64,000 nt of DNA from Polyangiaceae bacterium (GTDB lineage: Bacteria > Myxococcota_A > Polyangia > Polyangiales > Polyangiaceae). Positions 8,983-21,100 of the stretch are shown piece after piece. The stretch is taken from contig JBILLK010000016.1 in assembly GCA_044376115.1 (NCBI GenBank), positions 64,001 to 128,000 of the forward strand. The letters run 5' to 3'. How positions within the stretch are numbered: position 1 is the stretch's first letter; the number at the start of each line of letters is the position of its first letter. The notes under the pieces were generated by a model. It did no database searches. It was not told the origin of the DNA and saw only the letters and a program-made list of their open reading frames with translations. The position numbers and the translations under genes were made by a program.

Positions 8983-10122
8983 TTACTCGCAGAAACCGTC
9001 GATGCAGATGAGCCCGCTGTCGCAGAACGCTTCGGCCGTCGGGTCGCACTCGCCGCCGAGGTTCTGACTCGAGCCGCACACAGGGAACTCGCCGGCGCTG
9101 GTAGTTACCGGCTTGCACTGGTTGAAGGTCGGCAGCCCGTCGCACGCCGTGCCGTTGGGCGCAGCGCAGGAGATGTAGCAAGAATGATGGAGGCAGATCG
9201 ACCCTGCCGCGCAGGCGCCCTGCTCGCCGTCGGTCTCGCAGACGAAGATGCCCGCCTGATCGGCGATGCAGCCGTTCTCGACCCAGACCAGGCCGCTCGC
9301 GCATTGGCCGTCAATCGAGCGGGGGACACAGGCGCCGTCCACGCACACGAGATCGGCGCTCGCGCAGTCGTTGGTGATGCTGCAGCTCGTCGCTGGGGTG
9401 GTGCAAAGCTCAACGCCCGCGGTGCATTCGAACGCGCTGCTGCAGGCTGCGCCGTTGGCGCAGGCGGGCGTGCACTTGCCGTCGGCGCAAACGCTGCCAC
9501 CGGAGCACTGCGTTTGGTCGAAGCATTGGTCGGCGGCGGCGGTGCAAAGTCCGCTGACGCACTTATCCCCGGGGTTGGCGGAGCAGTCAGCATCCTCGCC
9601 GCAAGCCAGCGGGTTCTCGGCCACGCAGCGCGGAATCACCGGCTTGAGATCACAGCTGAAGCCGAAGATGCAGGCGTGCACATCGCAACCACCGGGCTGG
9701 CAGGTGCCGTCGCCAGTGCAGGTCTCGTCAAAGGCGCAATCGTCGGGGTTACCGCAGTAAACGATGGGTGTCGCTCCGCCGGAGCCGCCTGTGCCGCCCG
9801 TCGCTCCAGCTCCCCCGTCTCCGCCAGCTCCGCCAGCCGCGCCGGTGGCTCCGCTGCCTCCGTTGTTGTCGAAGCAGGACGCGTTGCCGTCCACATCGAC
9901 CAAACACACAGCACCGTTGGGACATCCCCAGTTCTGACAGGTGCCCTCGTGGCACTGGTTGTCGCTGCCACAAACCTCACCGCCGACGCACTCCCCGTCG
10001 ACGTTGCAGAAGCGAGGCGTCTCCCCGGTATCCCCACCGCCTTGGTACTCTCCCGACCAAATCGGGCATCCGGCCAAACCGATCGCAAAAAACAGGTGGG
10101 GCAGGAGACGCGTGCTTGCCAT
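8983..10122 (-). CDS. Cys-repeat lipoprotein (myxobacterial C-x4-C-x5-C-x4-C repeats)
   Basis: ATG 10122 preceded by AAGGAAGG, lipobox LAGC, many repeated disulfide modules and a Gly-rich linker. Confidence 0.85.
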   Translation of the reverse strand: MASTRLLPHLFFAIGLAGCPIWSGEYQGGGDTGETPRFCNVDGECVGGEVCGSDNQCHEGTCQNWGCPNGAVCLVDVDGNASCFDNNGGSGATGAAGGAGGDGGAGATGGTGGSGGATPIVYCGNPDDCAFDETCTGDGTCQPGGCDVHACIFGFSCDLKPVIPRCVAENPLACGEDADCSANPGDKCVSGLCTAAADQCFDQTQCSGGSVCADGKCTPACANGAACSSAFECTAGVELCTTPATSCSITNDCASADLVCVDGACVPRSIDGQCASGLVWVENGCIADQAGIFVCETDGEQGACAAGSICLHHSCYISCAAPNGTACDGLPTFNQCKPVTTSAGEFPVCGSSQNLGGECDPTAEAFCDSGLICIDGFCE

Positions 10123-10373
10123 ATCGGAGCCTTCCTTAAGGAGGTGGTGCTGTCGCAGGATAGCAAGCGATATGCCCACCCGCACGGCGCTGTTTGCGCG
10201 GCTTTTCATTTGGATGTGAAGCGCGGTTCACGACTGCCCGCGACGTTCACTGCAGCCACCTGGCGCAAACGGCCGAACACCCCTCTGTGCCATTGAAGTT
10301 GGCACGAATCATAGAGTGGGCTGGCAAGGTAAGGTATGGTTCCGCTGCCCTGGGCCAATCGGCCGGGATCCCG

Positions 10374-13259
10374 ATGGACGTTACCTGTTCCCACTGCAAT
10401 ACCGAGTACGAGTTCGACGACGCTCTGGTGTCGGACGCTGGCACGAGCGTGCGCTGCACTCAGTGTGGGCACCGTTTCAAAGTGCGACGCCGTGAAGGGT
10501 CGGCTGCGCCCGAGGTCTGGATCGTGCGAACGGTGGAGGGCCATACCCTCGAGTTTCGCGCGCTGCGCGAGCTAAAGGTCGCCATCGGCAACAAGAAGGT
10601 AGGCCGGGACGACGTGCTTTCACGCGGTTCGGGGCGCCCTCGCAGGCTCGCTTCGATCGCCGAACTCGAGCCGTTTTTTAGCCAACCCGGCGACGCGAAG
10701 GCGCGCAATCCCCGAGAGGCCCCTGGCTCCCCGCGCGGCCGCGCACTCACGCCCTCCGGCCTCGGTCCAGCGGATCCACGCGGCTCCCACTTCGATTTGG
10801 CCGCTTTCGTGCCGAAGAGGGACGGGCCGACGAGCGTCAACGTCCCTCCTCCCACTCCGTCGATCTCCTCGCGCGAGACGAACCCCTTCCTCGACGAGGA
10901 CGAGGTCACGCGATCGCGGCAGTTTACGCGCGAGTTGCGTCAGTTCGGGGACGGCCCTCCCTCCGTTGAGCCGAAGACCGAGCCCGAACCCGCGCGCTTC
11001 CGTGATCAGGACGGGCCTCGCACGATGCTTGGGGTGCCGCAGCTCGCGCCGCCCGCGCCGCCGAGCGATCTGGCGACGACCAAAGCCTTTGGCACGCCGG
11101 TCGAGGCTCGTTCAGTCCCCTCCGTGGTGAATGAGCCTGAGAATGATCGACGTCAGCCGACGCTGATTGGCTTGGAGGCGGCCGCCCAAGCTGCGCTCAC
11201 CGAGCTGGCCGAATCCCGGCCCACCGAACCTGCGCAGGCCGCGTTGATGGCAGCTCTCATCGTCGAGAGCCAGGCCGAACCGCCGACGAAGCCGCGTCGC
11301 CCAGCGGAGCCAACGCCCAACCCGAGCCCGGTCTATGCAGGCGCAGCGGCGCCGGCCGCACCCAAGCCCGCCCCCGCGAAAGCGCCGCTTCCGACACCAA
11401 AGCCGCCGCCGGCCGCAAAACTTCCGCCGCCGCCCGCTGCAAAACTACCGCCGCCGCCCGCTGCGAGTGAACCGCCGGCCGTGAAGGTCGCGACGCCGGT
11501 TCCAAGCGCGCCTGCTCCCGCGCCAAAAGCCGCAACGCCCGCTCCGAAGGCTGCAGCGCCGGCACCCAAAGCGCCGTCCAAGCCTGCCCCGCCGCCTGCT
11601 CCTGCAGCAGAGCCTGTGAATGAAGCGGTCGCGGAGCCGCCGGCCTCGGCGGGGCGGCCCAATGTGCTGCCGCCTGCGCCGGTCGGCGTGACCGCGGTCA
11701 AGCTGCAAGACGAGCCGCCGGTGATTCAGGAGGCGCCGCGGAGCGTGGGGCCGCGCGGTGGGCGAGCCAGCGCCTTCACCCCGACGCCGGCCTCGGAGAT
11801 TCGCTATTCGTTGGCCGACGATCCGGATGCCCGTCCGACCAGCGCCTCCGGTTCGCGTCGTGCAGCCTCCTCGTCGATGCGCTTGATCGTCGCCTTGCTG
11901 ATCGGCGGCAGTCTGATCTTCGTTGGCATCTTGCTGGTGAATCGCTTTGTGCGGCGCGGTAACGTCGAGGCGGGCTCTCAGAACGGCAACGTCGAGGAGC
12001 TGCTGGCCGCGTACGAGAAGGCGCTCGCCGCCGGGGATCTCTCGAGCGCCAGCGAAAAGGCGAATGAGGCGCGCAAACTCGCCGACTCGGAGCCGCGCGT
12101 GGCCAAGGCCGTGGCGAAGGTCGCGGTCGCGAAGGCCGAGCTCGCGTGGTTGGAGTTGCTGCTGCTGCCCAGCGCCGATGCAGGTCGCTCGGTGGTGCAT
12201 CGCCGCTACCAGACCGAGATCGAGGAGGCGCAAAAAGCGACGGAGCGCGCAGCGTTGCTCGCGCCGAACGACGTCGAGGTGGCTCGGTCGGTGCTCGACA
12301 CCAAGCGGATCCTCGGTGATCTGGCCGCAGCTCAGCGTCTCCGCTCTTCGGTGGATAGCGTCGCTTCGGACCCGGAGACCCAGCTTTCGCTCGGGGCGCT
12401 CGAACTCTTGGGCGAGCTGCCTCCAGGGGCCCTCGGTAAACTCGAACGAGCCACCGCCGGCGAAAAGCAGGCCGGCCGCGCACGCTCGATCTACATCTAC
12501 GCTCTTGCCCGAGCGAACGACGCAAAGCGCGCACGGGTGGAGCTCGACGAGCTAGCCAAACTCGCTAAGCCGCACCCGCTCGAAGCCGCCTTGCGCCGCT
12601 TCGTCGAGCGCGTCGAAAAAGGCGAAAAGATCGCCTTCCGCAGCGGAGATGTGCCTACGCCCAAGTCGGCGGAGGCGTCCTCGGTGGATGTGTCAGCGCC
12701 ACTCAAGGCGGCTGAAGATGCGCTCGCGCGCCGCGATTCGAAGAAGGCCGAGGCGCTGTTTCAGCAAGTGCTCGCCGCCGACGCTGAAAACGCCGATGCG
12801 CTCGTGGGTCTCGCGCAGATCGCAAAGCAGACGGGCAACACCAAACAGGCCGTGGCCTTCCTCGAGCGGGCGGTGGCGAAGCACCCGGAGCACGCGAAGG
12901 CGCTGTTGGCTCTGGCGGATGCCAAGTGGGATGGTGGCGAAGCCAACCTCGCCAGGCCGCTTTACCAGCGAGCGCTCGACGGCGGACTGACCGGGGCCGG
13001 AGTCGAGCGCGCCAAAACGCGTGCCACCGCGGCGGCCGTTGCCACTGGCGGCACCGTGCCTCCCGACGTCCCCACCGCTCCGACGACGACCGCGACCACC
13101 ACCAGCGAGCCGCTTCCAACGTCTCCAACGTCGACGACGCCTCCGCCGTTTGGCCAAGATCCTCCGCCGTTCGGCCAAGATCCGCCGCCACCACCGAAGG
13201 ATCCGCCGCCGCCGCCACCACCGGCTCCGACCAACACCGTTCCAGGAGCCCCGCTGTGA
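10374..13259 (+). CDS. Zinc-ribbon (MJ0042-type) + GYF_2-like + Pro-rich linker + TM + TPR protein (GltJ/AgmX-like N-terminus)
   Basis: MDVTCSHC...VRCTQCGHRF; W..G...F..L..L...I....V...D.LSR...L..I.EL..FF; TM LIVALLIGGSLIFVGILLV; C-terminal TPR-like helices. Confidence 0.8.
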   Translation: MDVTCSHCNTEYEFDDALVSDAGTSVRCTQCGHRFKVRRREGSAAPEVWIVRTVEGHTLEFRALRELKVAIGNKKVGRDDVLSRGSGRPRRLASIAELEPFFSQPGDAKARNPREAPGSPRGRALTPSGLGPADPRGSHFDLAAFVPKRDGPTSVNVPPPTPSISSRETNPFLDEDEVTRSRQFTRELRQFGDGPPSVEPKTEPEPARFRDQDGPRTMLGVPQLAPPAPPSDLATTKAFGTPVEARSVPSVVNEPENDRRQPTLIGLEAAAQAALTELAESRPTEPAQAALMAALIVESQAEPPTKPRRPAEPTPNPSPVYAGAAAPAAPKPAPAKAPLPTPKPPPAAKLPPPPAAKLPPPPAASEPPAVKVATPVPSAPAPAPKAATPAPKAAAPAPKAPSKPAPPPAPAAEPVNEAVAEPPASAGRPNVLPPAPVGVTAVKLQDEPPVIQEAPRSVGPRGGRASAFTPTPASEIRYSLADDPDARPTSASGSRRAASSSMRLIVALLIGGSLIFVGILLVNRFVRRGNVEAGSQNGNVEELLAAYEKALAAGDLSSASEKANEARKLADSEPRVAKAVAKVAVAKAELAWLELLLLPSADAGRSVVHRRYQTEIEEAQKATERAALLAPNDVEVARSVLDTKRILGDLAAAQRLRSSVDSVASDPETQLSLGALELLGELPPGALGKLERATAGEKQAGRARSIYIYALARANDAKRARVELDELAKLAKPHPLEAALRRFVERVEKGEKIAFRSGDVPTPKSAEASSVDVSAPLKAAEDALARRDSKKAEALFQQVLAADAENADALVGLAQIAKQTGNTKQAVAFLERAVAKHPEHAKALLALADAKWDGGEANLARPLYQRALDGGLTGAGVERAKTRATAAAVATGGTVPPDVPTAPTTTATTTSEPLPTSPTSTTPPPFGQDPPPFGQDPPPPPKDPPPPPPPAPTNTVPGAPL
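11400..11475. repeat. Imperfect coding tandem repeat (PPPAAKL-type units x3)
   Basis: ccgccgcc(g/c)gc(c/t)gcaaaact units in the Pro-rich linker. Confidence 0.7.
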
Positions 13260-15046
13260 GCTTCCGCCGTTTGCATTTGCTGGCCCTCGGGGCGCTCACC
13301 TTGATCGGCGCCAGCTGCGACGGTCGCAAAGGCTTCAGTTCGAAGGGCTTTGGCCTGGCTGACGCCACCGTGCTCGAGTTCAATCTTTCGAAGGGCGTCT
13401 CCGAGCGTGGTGCCTCCACCTTGTTTGGCCCGCTTCCGGACACGTCGTACGCCGATTTGCTGGCGCAACTTCGTCAGGTGGATGCGAATGAGACCAAAGG
13501 CATCTTCATTCGGCTGGGCACCGCCAACCTCTCGCTCGCGCACGCCGAGGAGCTGGGACGGCGCTTCAAATCGTTGCGGGATCAGAACGTTACCGTGACC
13601 TGCCATGCGGATGATCTGGACAACTCCACCTTGTTCTTCTTTGCGCGGGCTTGCTCCAACATTTGGGTTACCCCGACCGGCGGCGTCGACAGCGTCGGCA
13701 TCGCCTTCCAGTTGATGTTCGCCAAGTCGCTGCTCGACAAGCTCGGCGTGGGCGTGGACTTCCTGCAGGTCGGCAAGTTCAAAGGCGCGCAAGAGCCGTA
13801 CACGCGGGATGAGCCCAGCCCGGAGGCGCGTCAGAGCGTCGAGGAGGCGCTCTCGAACGTGCGTGCAGCTTGGATCAGCGGCCTCGAGGAAGGGCGCGGC
13901 GCCGCGGCTACAGCCCACGTCGAAGATGGTCCGCACACCGCCGTAAAGGCCAAGGAACTCGGTCTAATCGACTCGATCGGTTACTTGGATGAGGCGCGCA
14001 AATCGGCGCTCGATGCGGCCTCGGCGAGCGATACGCGGCTGGCGTTCGGTGGGGCGCCCAACCAGAAGAACAACGACTTCGGCGACATCCTGCGCGCTCT
14101 TTCGGGAGCGGACGGCATGGGCACGCCGCACGTCGCGGTGGTTCGGGCCGTGGGCGCCATCACCATGGCGGGTGGCGGCGGGATTGGCGGCGGCGGAGAC
14201 GGCATCACCGAGGCCGCGTTGGGCAAGGTGATCACCAGCCTGACCGAGGATGACGACGTGAAGGCCGTGGTGCTTCGCATTGATTCGCCTGGCGGCTCAG
14301 CGCTCGCCTCGGACCTGCTGTGGCACAAGCTGATGCTGCTGCGCGACAAGAAGCCGCTGGTCATTTCGGTTGGAGGCATGGCCGCGAGCGGCGGCTACTA
14401 CCTCTCCTGCGCAGGGTCGCGCATCTTCGCCGAGCCCTCGAGCATCCTCGGCTCGATCGGCGTGGTGGGCGGTAAGTTCTCGTTGGGCAACACGCTCTCG
14501 CAAGTAGGCGTCCACGTCGTGACCATCCCCGCCTCTCCGGATCCGGTGAAGGCCAAGCGTGCGGCCTATCTCTCGCCCTTTGATCGTTGGGATGAGCCGA
14601 CGCGCGCCAAGGTGCGCGAGGGCATGGAGTCGATCTACGACACCTTCATCGATCGCGTGTCGACGGGGCGGGGGCTCTCGCCCGAGGAGGTTCAAAAGGG
14701 CGCAGAAGGCCGCATATTCGGCGGAAAGCGCGCGGTTGAACTCAAGCTCGTGGACGAGCTCGGTGGCTTGGAGGAGGCCATCTCCTACGCGTTGGAACAG
14801 GCCGAGCTGGGCAAAGACGGCACCGTCCGCATCCGCGGCGAGGCGGGGGGCTTTGCCGAGCTGCTCGCTGGCGATGCCGAGGCGGAGTCGAAGGTCGTTC
14901 AGCAGGCCGCGCTGCAGCTCGATCCAAGCCAGAAGCTGCTGGAGGCCTTCCCACTGGAGGTGAGGTCGTGGGTTGGCGCCGCTATGCCGATGGCCACGGG
15001 GGAGTCGGCGGTGCTGCTCACTCCGTTTGCCATCGTGGTGCACTGA
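13256..15046 (+). CDS. sppA: Signal peptide peptidase SppA (S49, two-domain type), probable lipoprotein
   Basis: GKFKGA, LRIDSPGGS, MAASGGYY, GSIGV. GTG start overlaps the upstream TGA (GTGA). Lipobox GASC. Confidence 0.85.
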   Translation: MSFRRLHLLALGALTLIGASCDGRKGFSSKGFGLADATVLEFNLSKGVSERGASTLFGPLPDTSYADLLAQLRQVDANETKGIFIRLGTANLSLAHAEELGRRFKSLRDQNVTVTCHADDLDNSTLFFFARACSNIWVTPTGGVDSVGIAFQLMFAKSLLDKLGVGVDFLQVGKFKGAQEPYTRDEPSPEARQSVEEALSNVRAAWISGLEEGRGAAATAHVEDGPHTAVKAKELGLIDSIGYLDEARKSALDAASASDTRLAFGGAPNQKNNDFGDILRALSGADGMGTPHVAVVRAVGAITMAGGGGIGGGGDGITEAALGKVITSLTEDDDVKAVVLRIDSPGGSALASDLLWHKLMLLRDKKPLVISVGGMAASGGYYLSCAGSRIFAEPSSILGSIGVVGGKFSLGNTLSQVGVHVVTIPASPDPVKAKRAAYLSPFDRWDEPTRAKVREGMESIYDTFIDRVSTGRGLSPEEVQKGAEGRIFGGKRAVELKLVDELGGLEEAISYALEQAELGKDGTVRIRGEAGGFAELLAGDAEAESKVVQQAALQLDPSQKLLEAFPLEVRSWVGAAMPMATGESAVLLTPFAIVVH

Positions 15047-15194
15047 CGTGGTGCACCTCGCTGCAGCCGCTCAGCGATGGAATCGGCCCTGGCCGCTCCA
15101 GGTTGCAGGGCGTGGATCGCCGTGGCCTAACGCAAAGAACGCCATGGATTGGGCGTCGGCCTAGGCTTGGGTGGTACTCTCCTCAGGCACGAGC

Positions 15195-18100
15195 ATGGAC
15201 GCGACTGAAAGTGGGGCCAGTGACGATGGGGAAGGGACGCTGTCCGTTCCCTCGGAGGTCAGCTCGGAGACCGACCTCCCTCGGTATGAAGGCCCGCTTG
15301 CGGTCTTGGCCAACAAAGACGCCAAGCTCAAGGACGCCGAACTGCGCGGTGACCGCGCGACCGAGCGAAGGCTCGCGGTGGAGCTTGCGCGCCTTTTTGC
15401 GGAACGCGGGACGAACCTCGAGCTAGCCCTAAAGCTGGCTGAGCGCGCAACGAAGCTCGGCGGAGAGGACCCGCAGCTCCGGCTCGAGCTCGCTGGCTGG
15501 CGAGCCGGCCTGGGCGATCCAGCGGGGGCAGCGGCTCATCTCGAGGCAGCTGCGGTGGCGGAGGCGAGCAACCGCAACCTCGTGCGCGCGGGCGTCCTCT
15601 ACGGGCGCGGCCGCCGACCGAACGAGGCGTTGCGCGCCTTTGAAGCGGCCAGCGGGCGAGACAGCAGGGACCCCATTCCCCACGAGCTAATCGGCACGCT
15701 TTCTTCGTGGGCCGGCGACGTGGTCAGCAAGGACCGTGCAGCTGCGGCTTACTTGGACGCAGCCGAGCTCAGAGCCGGCGTTGGCGAAAATGATGGCGCG
15801 CTCGAGGATCTGCTGCGTGCCTTCGAGGTGAACCCTGCGTCGACGGTCGCCGCCGAACGAGTGGCCGGCGCCTTGTCGGCCGAGGGGCGAGGTTCAGCCG
15901 CCGACGAGATGCTGCGTGATCACGCGGCAGCGCTCGAGGACCACGGCGCGCCCGAGTCGGCGCTCATGGTTCACGCCAATCGCTTGGCGCGCGGGCTCGC
16001 GGCCGATGACGTTCCGGCCGCGCTCTCCGCCGTGCTCGATCTCGGGCTGTGTCAAAGCTCGCACGCCAACATAAGCCCCGAGATCGATCGGCGTATCGAC
16101 GAGGTGCTGACCCGCTGCGGCTTGCCCGAGCTCTTGGCGGTGCGGCTCACGCAGCGGGCCAAGGCGCGGCAAGGTGGTGCGCGCGCACAGCTGTTCGACG
16201 CTCTTGCGAGGCTTTTTTCAGGCGATTTGAAGTCGGACCGCGACGCCATGCGCGCCTTCGTCGAGAGCGCCGTGGCAGATCCGGCGCAGGCCTCGGCTTT
16301 GGACGCGCTGCGCGCGTACGAGCGACGCGACGACGATCACGAGGGCTTGGTCGAGGCCTTGGTGCGCATCGCCTCCGTCGTGCGGCCGCCCGAGGCGAGT
16401 CTGCAAACGCGGGCTAACCTCGCGCTCGAGTTGGCGGAGCTGGCCGAGTCGCGCGTGGGCGACCCAGCGCTTGCGGATTGGGCGCTCGAACGGGCGCGCA
16501 GCCTCGAGCCTGGCCGCGCCGAGGACGTGGCCCATTCGCGTGGTCGGCTGGAGGCCGAGCTCGCCGAGCGCGATGAAGAGATCAGCCGCGTCGAAGCGGC
16601 GGTCGAGGGGCGCGCTTCCGCTCAGCGCGAAGCTCGCTTGCTCCACTTCCGTAAGCTGGTCAGCCTGTACGGCCGCGCGCCAGCGTTCGAGGCGCGGACG
16701 TTCGACGCGCTGGCTGCGATCTGCCGGGCGGACGCCGAGGACGCGCTGGCCTTGCGTTCGCTGTCCCTGCTATTCCGACGCAGCGAGTTTCAGAACGCCG
16801 CCTGGTGCGAGCTCTACGAGAGCATCCTGCTCGGGCGTCTCGAGACCAGCCTTTCGCTTCGCGATGAGCTGTTCGTGCGCTCGGAGTTGGTGGAGCTGGC
16901 CTTCGCCAACGGGGCTGTCGCTGCAGCGCTTCGGACGGTGCTGCCGCTGCTCGAGCTGGTCGAGAAGGACTCGCGCACCGACCAAGCGCTCTCCTTGGGC
17001 GTGAGCGCGCTGGTGCTCGTGGTGCGCAGCGGGGATGGGCCGAGTCGGGAACAAGCTCGCGCTTATGCGGTGATCGCTGAGGTGCTCGGAGAGGCGCTAG
17101 GGGCGCTGTTTCTGGCAGCTGCCTCGGAGACCTACCGCATGGTCGGGGCGCTCACCGATGCGCGGCGGACGGCAGAGCGAGCGCTGGAGATGGACGCGGG
17201 CTGCACCCGCGCGGCGACGGCTTTGGCGCGCGTATCAGCGGTGCTCGGCGGGCGAGAAGCGGCTGTCGCGATCGAACGAGCGCTCGGCATCGTGGTGCCT
17301 CGGGCCTGGCTGTGCGACGCGCTGTCGCGCAGCCTCGAGTCGATCTCGGAGCATGAGCTGTCTTTCGCCTGGACGCAGCGTTGGCTGGCGCTGGTGCCCT
17401 CGGATCGCCGGGCGATGGCGGAGCTTCTACGCGGTTGTCTCGCTGGCACCGACCCAGCGCGCATCAGCAACGCGTTAAACTGGGTGCTCGCTCAGCCCGA
17501 TCCGCCCGAAGACCGTGCGCAGGTCTTTGTCGACGCTCTGACGCTGCTCTACGGTCTCGACGCCAAGATGGCGGGCCAAGTCGCTCGACGTGCGCTCGAC
17601 GTGTTCGGGCCGAGTCACGCGCTGGTGCGCGAGCGGTTGATGTCGCTCGCCGACGAGCACCACGATGCCGGCCTGGCGATCGCCGTTCTCGAGCGTTTCG
17701 TCGCTTCTAGCGCCGCGTCTCCGGTCGACGTGTTGGTCGAGTTGGCCCAGCGGCGACAGGACGTCTCGGATTTCGATGGCGCGGCGAGTGAGCTCGCTCG
17801 TGCGGCCGATCGCGCAGAGCCGAGCTTGTTGCTGCAGGTGGTCGCCGAGATCGAAAAGGCCAGCGATGGCGCGCTGCAGTCCGACGGTCTGATCGCGCTG
17901 ACCGAGGCACGCAGTCGCGCGCTCTTGCGCAAGCTGCGCCTGACACCCTCCCAAGCGCCCAAGTCGAACTCTGAAGCGGTCGAAAACGAGGCGCGGGAGC
18001 GCAGCAACCTGCTGCGCGATATCGTCGAGTCCTTCCGCATGCTCGGCGCGCTGCGCTGGGATTTGGCCGAAGACTCGCGAGGCGCGGAGCAAGCTCTGTT

Positions 18101-21100
18101 CGAGGCGGCCGAGCTTGATGTGGCCGCGGGCTTCGAGATTTACGCTCACGACCTCGCCGAGCTCGCCGGTCCCGAGCCCGCAGTCCGCGCCATCTTCGAG
18201 CGCGCGGGTCTGTCGGAGGACGAGCCGGTCGAGAAGCGCATGGCGCTTGCTCTGGCCGCAGCTCATCTTTCGGCCGAGCACGGGCTGGCGAAGTTTGCGC
18301 TGGAGGCTGCTCGCAAGGCGCTGGCAATCGAACCGGGCCACGCCGAGGCGATCTCGATCGCCGAATCGCAGGCCAGCCACGTGCCCGACGGTGACGCGCA
18401 AATCGACGCGATTTACACGGCGCTGGCTGCCACCGCGATGGGCGTTTACGGCCGGCGCGCCGCCCACTATCGCGCGGCCCGTACGCTCGAGCGGCTCGGC
18501 TCCAACGACCTCGCCGAAAAGCATGCGTTGGCGGCCTTCGAGGCCGTCCCCAACGAGGGCACCAGCTGGCAAATCCTCACGCGCCTGGTCGATCCCATCA
18601 CTGGCTCACAGCTCGCGGTGGACGCCTTCTTGGGCGTAGCCCAAACCGCCAAACGGCACGAAGTCGCCGGCTGGTACAAACGGGCGCTCGAGTTGTGCGG
18701 CAAAGACTCGGACGGCCTCAATCGTTCGCTCGACGTACTCTTGCGCGCGCTGTTCGCCGCACCCGAGATGTCTTTCGCGCTTGCGCTGCAAGAGACGTTG
18801 TCGCAGCTGAAGGACTTCGGCCCATACCCGGAGTTGCTTGCCGAGCGTCTGGACAAAGCGGCGCCCATCATCTTGACCAAGCTCGAGGGGCCGGATGGCG
18901 CGCGCACAGCGGCGCACTTATCCAAGGCGATGTTGCCGGTGGGAGCGACCAAGGGCGCTTTTGCCTGTCTCGAAGCAGCGGTCGAACTCGATGGCGGCGT
19001 CGAGGTGTTCGAACGTCTCTTCGGCGACGTCTGGCAATACGCCGAGAGCACTGAAGCCTCGGCGGCGTTCCTCGAGCGCGTTGAGCTGCGCGTCGCGGAT
19101 CCGCGCAGCGTCGTGGGGGCGCCGTTGCTCAATCTAGCGGCGGCCTTCGCGGCCGAGCTCGGTAAGAGCGACTCGGAGGTCGCGCTCAGCAAACGGGCGG
19201 AGCAGCTCGCCGCCGATGATCGGCCGCCGCCGACCGAGGTCCACGAGGACCCCTTCGCCGACCCAGCGTTCTTGGCCGATTCGGTGCCGCCGACGACCGA
19301 ACTGGACGCCGCGCAGCCGTCGGCTTCGCCTTCCGTTGAAGCACCCAAGACGCAAGACGCGTTGTTGGTGGTCGAAGAGGAAGAGGACGACGGAGAGGAG
19401 CCGGTGGCCCTGGTTGCTCCTTCCTCACGGCTGACTTCGGCTTCTCCTTCCAGCTTGCCGCGCACGCGGCGCTCCGCCTCGACGGTCGATTTTCACGTGG
19501 TGAAGGACGGCTTTGATGCGCTCTTCGCGACGCTCGAGGATCGCCCGCCGGACTCGACGGTAGGCCGCCCGAGCACCGCTCCGTCGATGCTGCCGACTTC
19601 GGCTCCGCCCGACTCGCTCGACGCACTGCAGCCGATCGTCCCCGGCGCGCCGCCGCTCACCAAGAACCTCGCACGCTCGCAACCAGCTCCGGCGCCGCAG
19701 CCCTCGCGGCCGGCCGCGGCCAATTCGCCCAGCGTTGCGCCGGCTGGGTCGAGCGCCGTGCCATCGACCGCCGCCACCCGTCGCTCGGTGGCGCCCGCGC
19801 TGGCGCGCGGGCTGAAGGAGCGGGCTCGCGAGCTCGAAGACGAAGGCCGCTTCGAAGAGGCCGCGCAGCTTCATTTGGAGCTTGTGTCGGATGCTGCGCA
19901 AGACGCCGCGGAGCGCGTGCACTCCGCCTTGGCCGCCGCCGAAGCGTTCGCCTTGGCCGGCGATGCACGCTCGTCGCTCAAGGCGCTCGATGCGTTGCCC
20001 AAGCAGCTCAACACGGCCGAGGTCGCGCAAAAGCGCATCGAGGTGCTGCGGCTGCTCGGCGATTCGTTCGGGGTGGTGGTCGCGATCGACCAGCTGATCG
20101 CTTTGGGCGATCTATCCGAGGAGAAGACGGCGCGGCTGCTCGTCGATGCTGCGCGTGCAGCCGCTGCAGCGGGCGATGAGCAAGGGGCGCTCGTGCGGGC
20201 GCGGCGCGCCGTTCGGCTTGCGCCGCTGATGCCCCTCGCGGTGCTCGAGTGCGCGCAACTCGAATACGCCGCGCGCGGTATGGGCACGCCTCGCGATGCC
20301 GCTGCACAGCTCGAGACCTTGCACGCGATCGAAGCCGATTTGGCGCCCGAGTTCGTCGAGTTGCACGCGTTTCTTCTGGCCGAGGCAACCGACGTCATCC
20401 ACGGTGGTGGCGCTGGTCTGCGCGAACTCTCCAAGCGCCACGCGGTGGTCGGTCCGCTGCCGTTGATCGCTCTTGGAATGGCCGAGCGGCTGCTACGCGC
20501 GCGCAACTTCGACGCGGCGGTCCCGCTGTTCGAGAAAGCGCTGCAAGGGGATCTGCGCAACGTTCGTAACAAGGCGCGCGTCTCCCTCGCTGCGGCGGAC
20601 GCGGCGATTCAAGCCGAACGGCTCAGCGACGCGGCGCAGTTCTTGTTGCGCGCGGAAGAGTCCGCTGACACCCGCGCACAGGTCGAACGTCGGCGTCGGG
20701 AAATCCTGGCTTACGACCCAGATCCCAACGTCGCTATACCGGTGCTCAAAGGGCTGGTCGAAGAGAGCTCCGGCCTGGTTCGCGCTCGCTACTTACAACG
20801 GCTCGGTCGCGTCGTTGCTAAAGAGGATTTTGAGGAAGGCGTGCGTTTGCTCGAGGACGCGATGGTGCTCGCTCGTCGCGACCGCGTGGTGGTCGAAGAG
20901 CTGCGCGCCGAACTCGTCGCCTTGATCGAGGTGAAGAGCGCGCGTGGTCGCCCGGCCTCCGAGCCCCAGCCCGAACCGCTCGCGGCCGAGTCGAAGCGCC
21001 TTTCGTCGCCACCCCTGCCATCGTCTTCGCCTGCGATCGCTCCCGTGAAGCCGCTCCGGGACGAGAACGAGAGCGCCCCGCCGTCCTCGGGCTGGGTTGC

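Noticed and set aside
8851..10296. 481-aa plus-strand ORF
   Set aside because: Antisense shadow of the Cys-repeat lipoprotein. No motifs, and long shadow ORFs are expected at this GC content.
10287..10316. Back-to-back TGGCAC elements (GTGCCA-N7-TGGCAC) between divergent genes, as dual sigma54 promoters
   Set aside because: Neither direction has GC at the -12 position. It could be a regulator site but there is no further support.
7615..13225. Short tandem repeats ((PA)n, PPPAAKL, PPPFGQD) as possible CRISPR or VNTR loci
   Set aside because: All are in-frame low-complexity linker repeats with no repeat-spacer structure and no cas genes.
15034..15056. 10-bp direct repeat CGTGGTGCAC flanking the sppA stop codon
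   Set aside because: Only two copies 3 bp apart with no element between them. Most likely a micro-duplication, not a target-site duplication or array.
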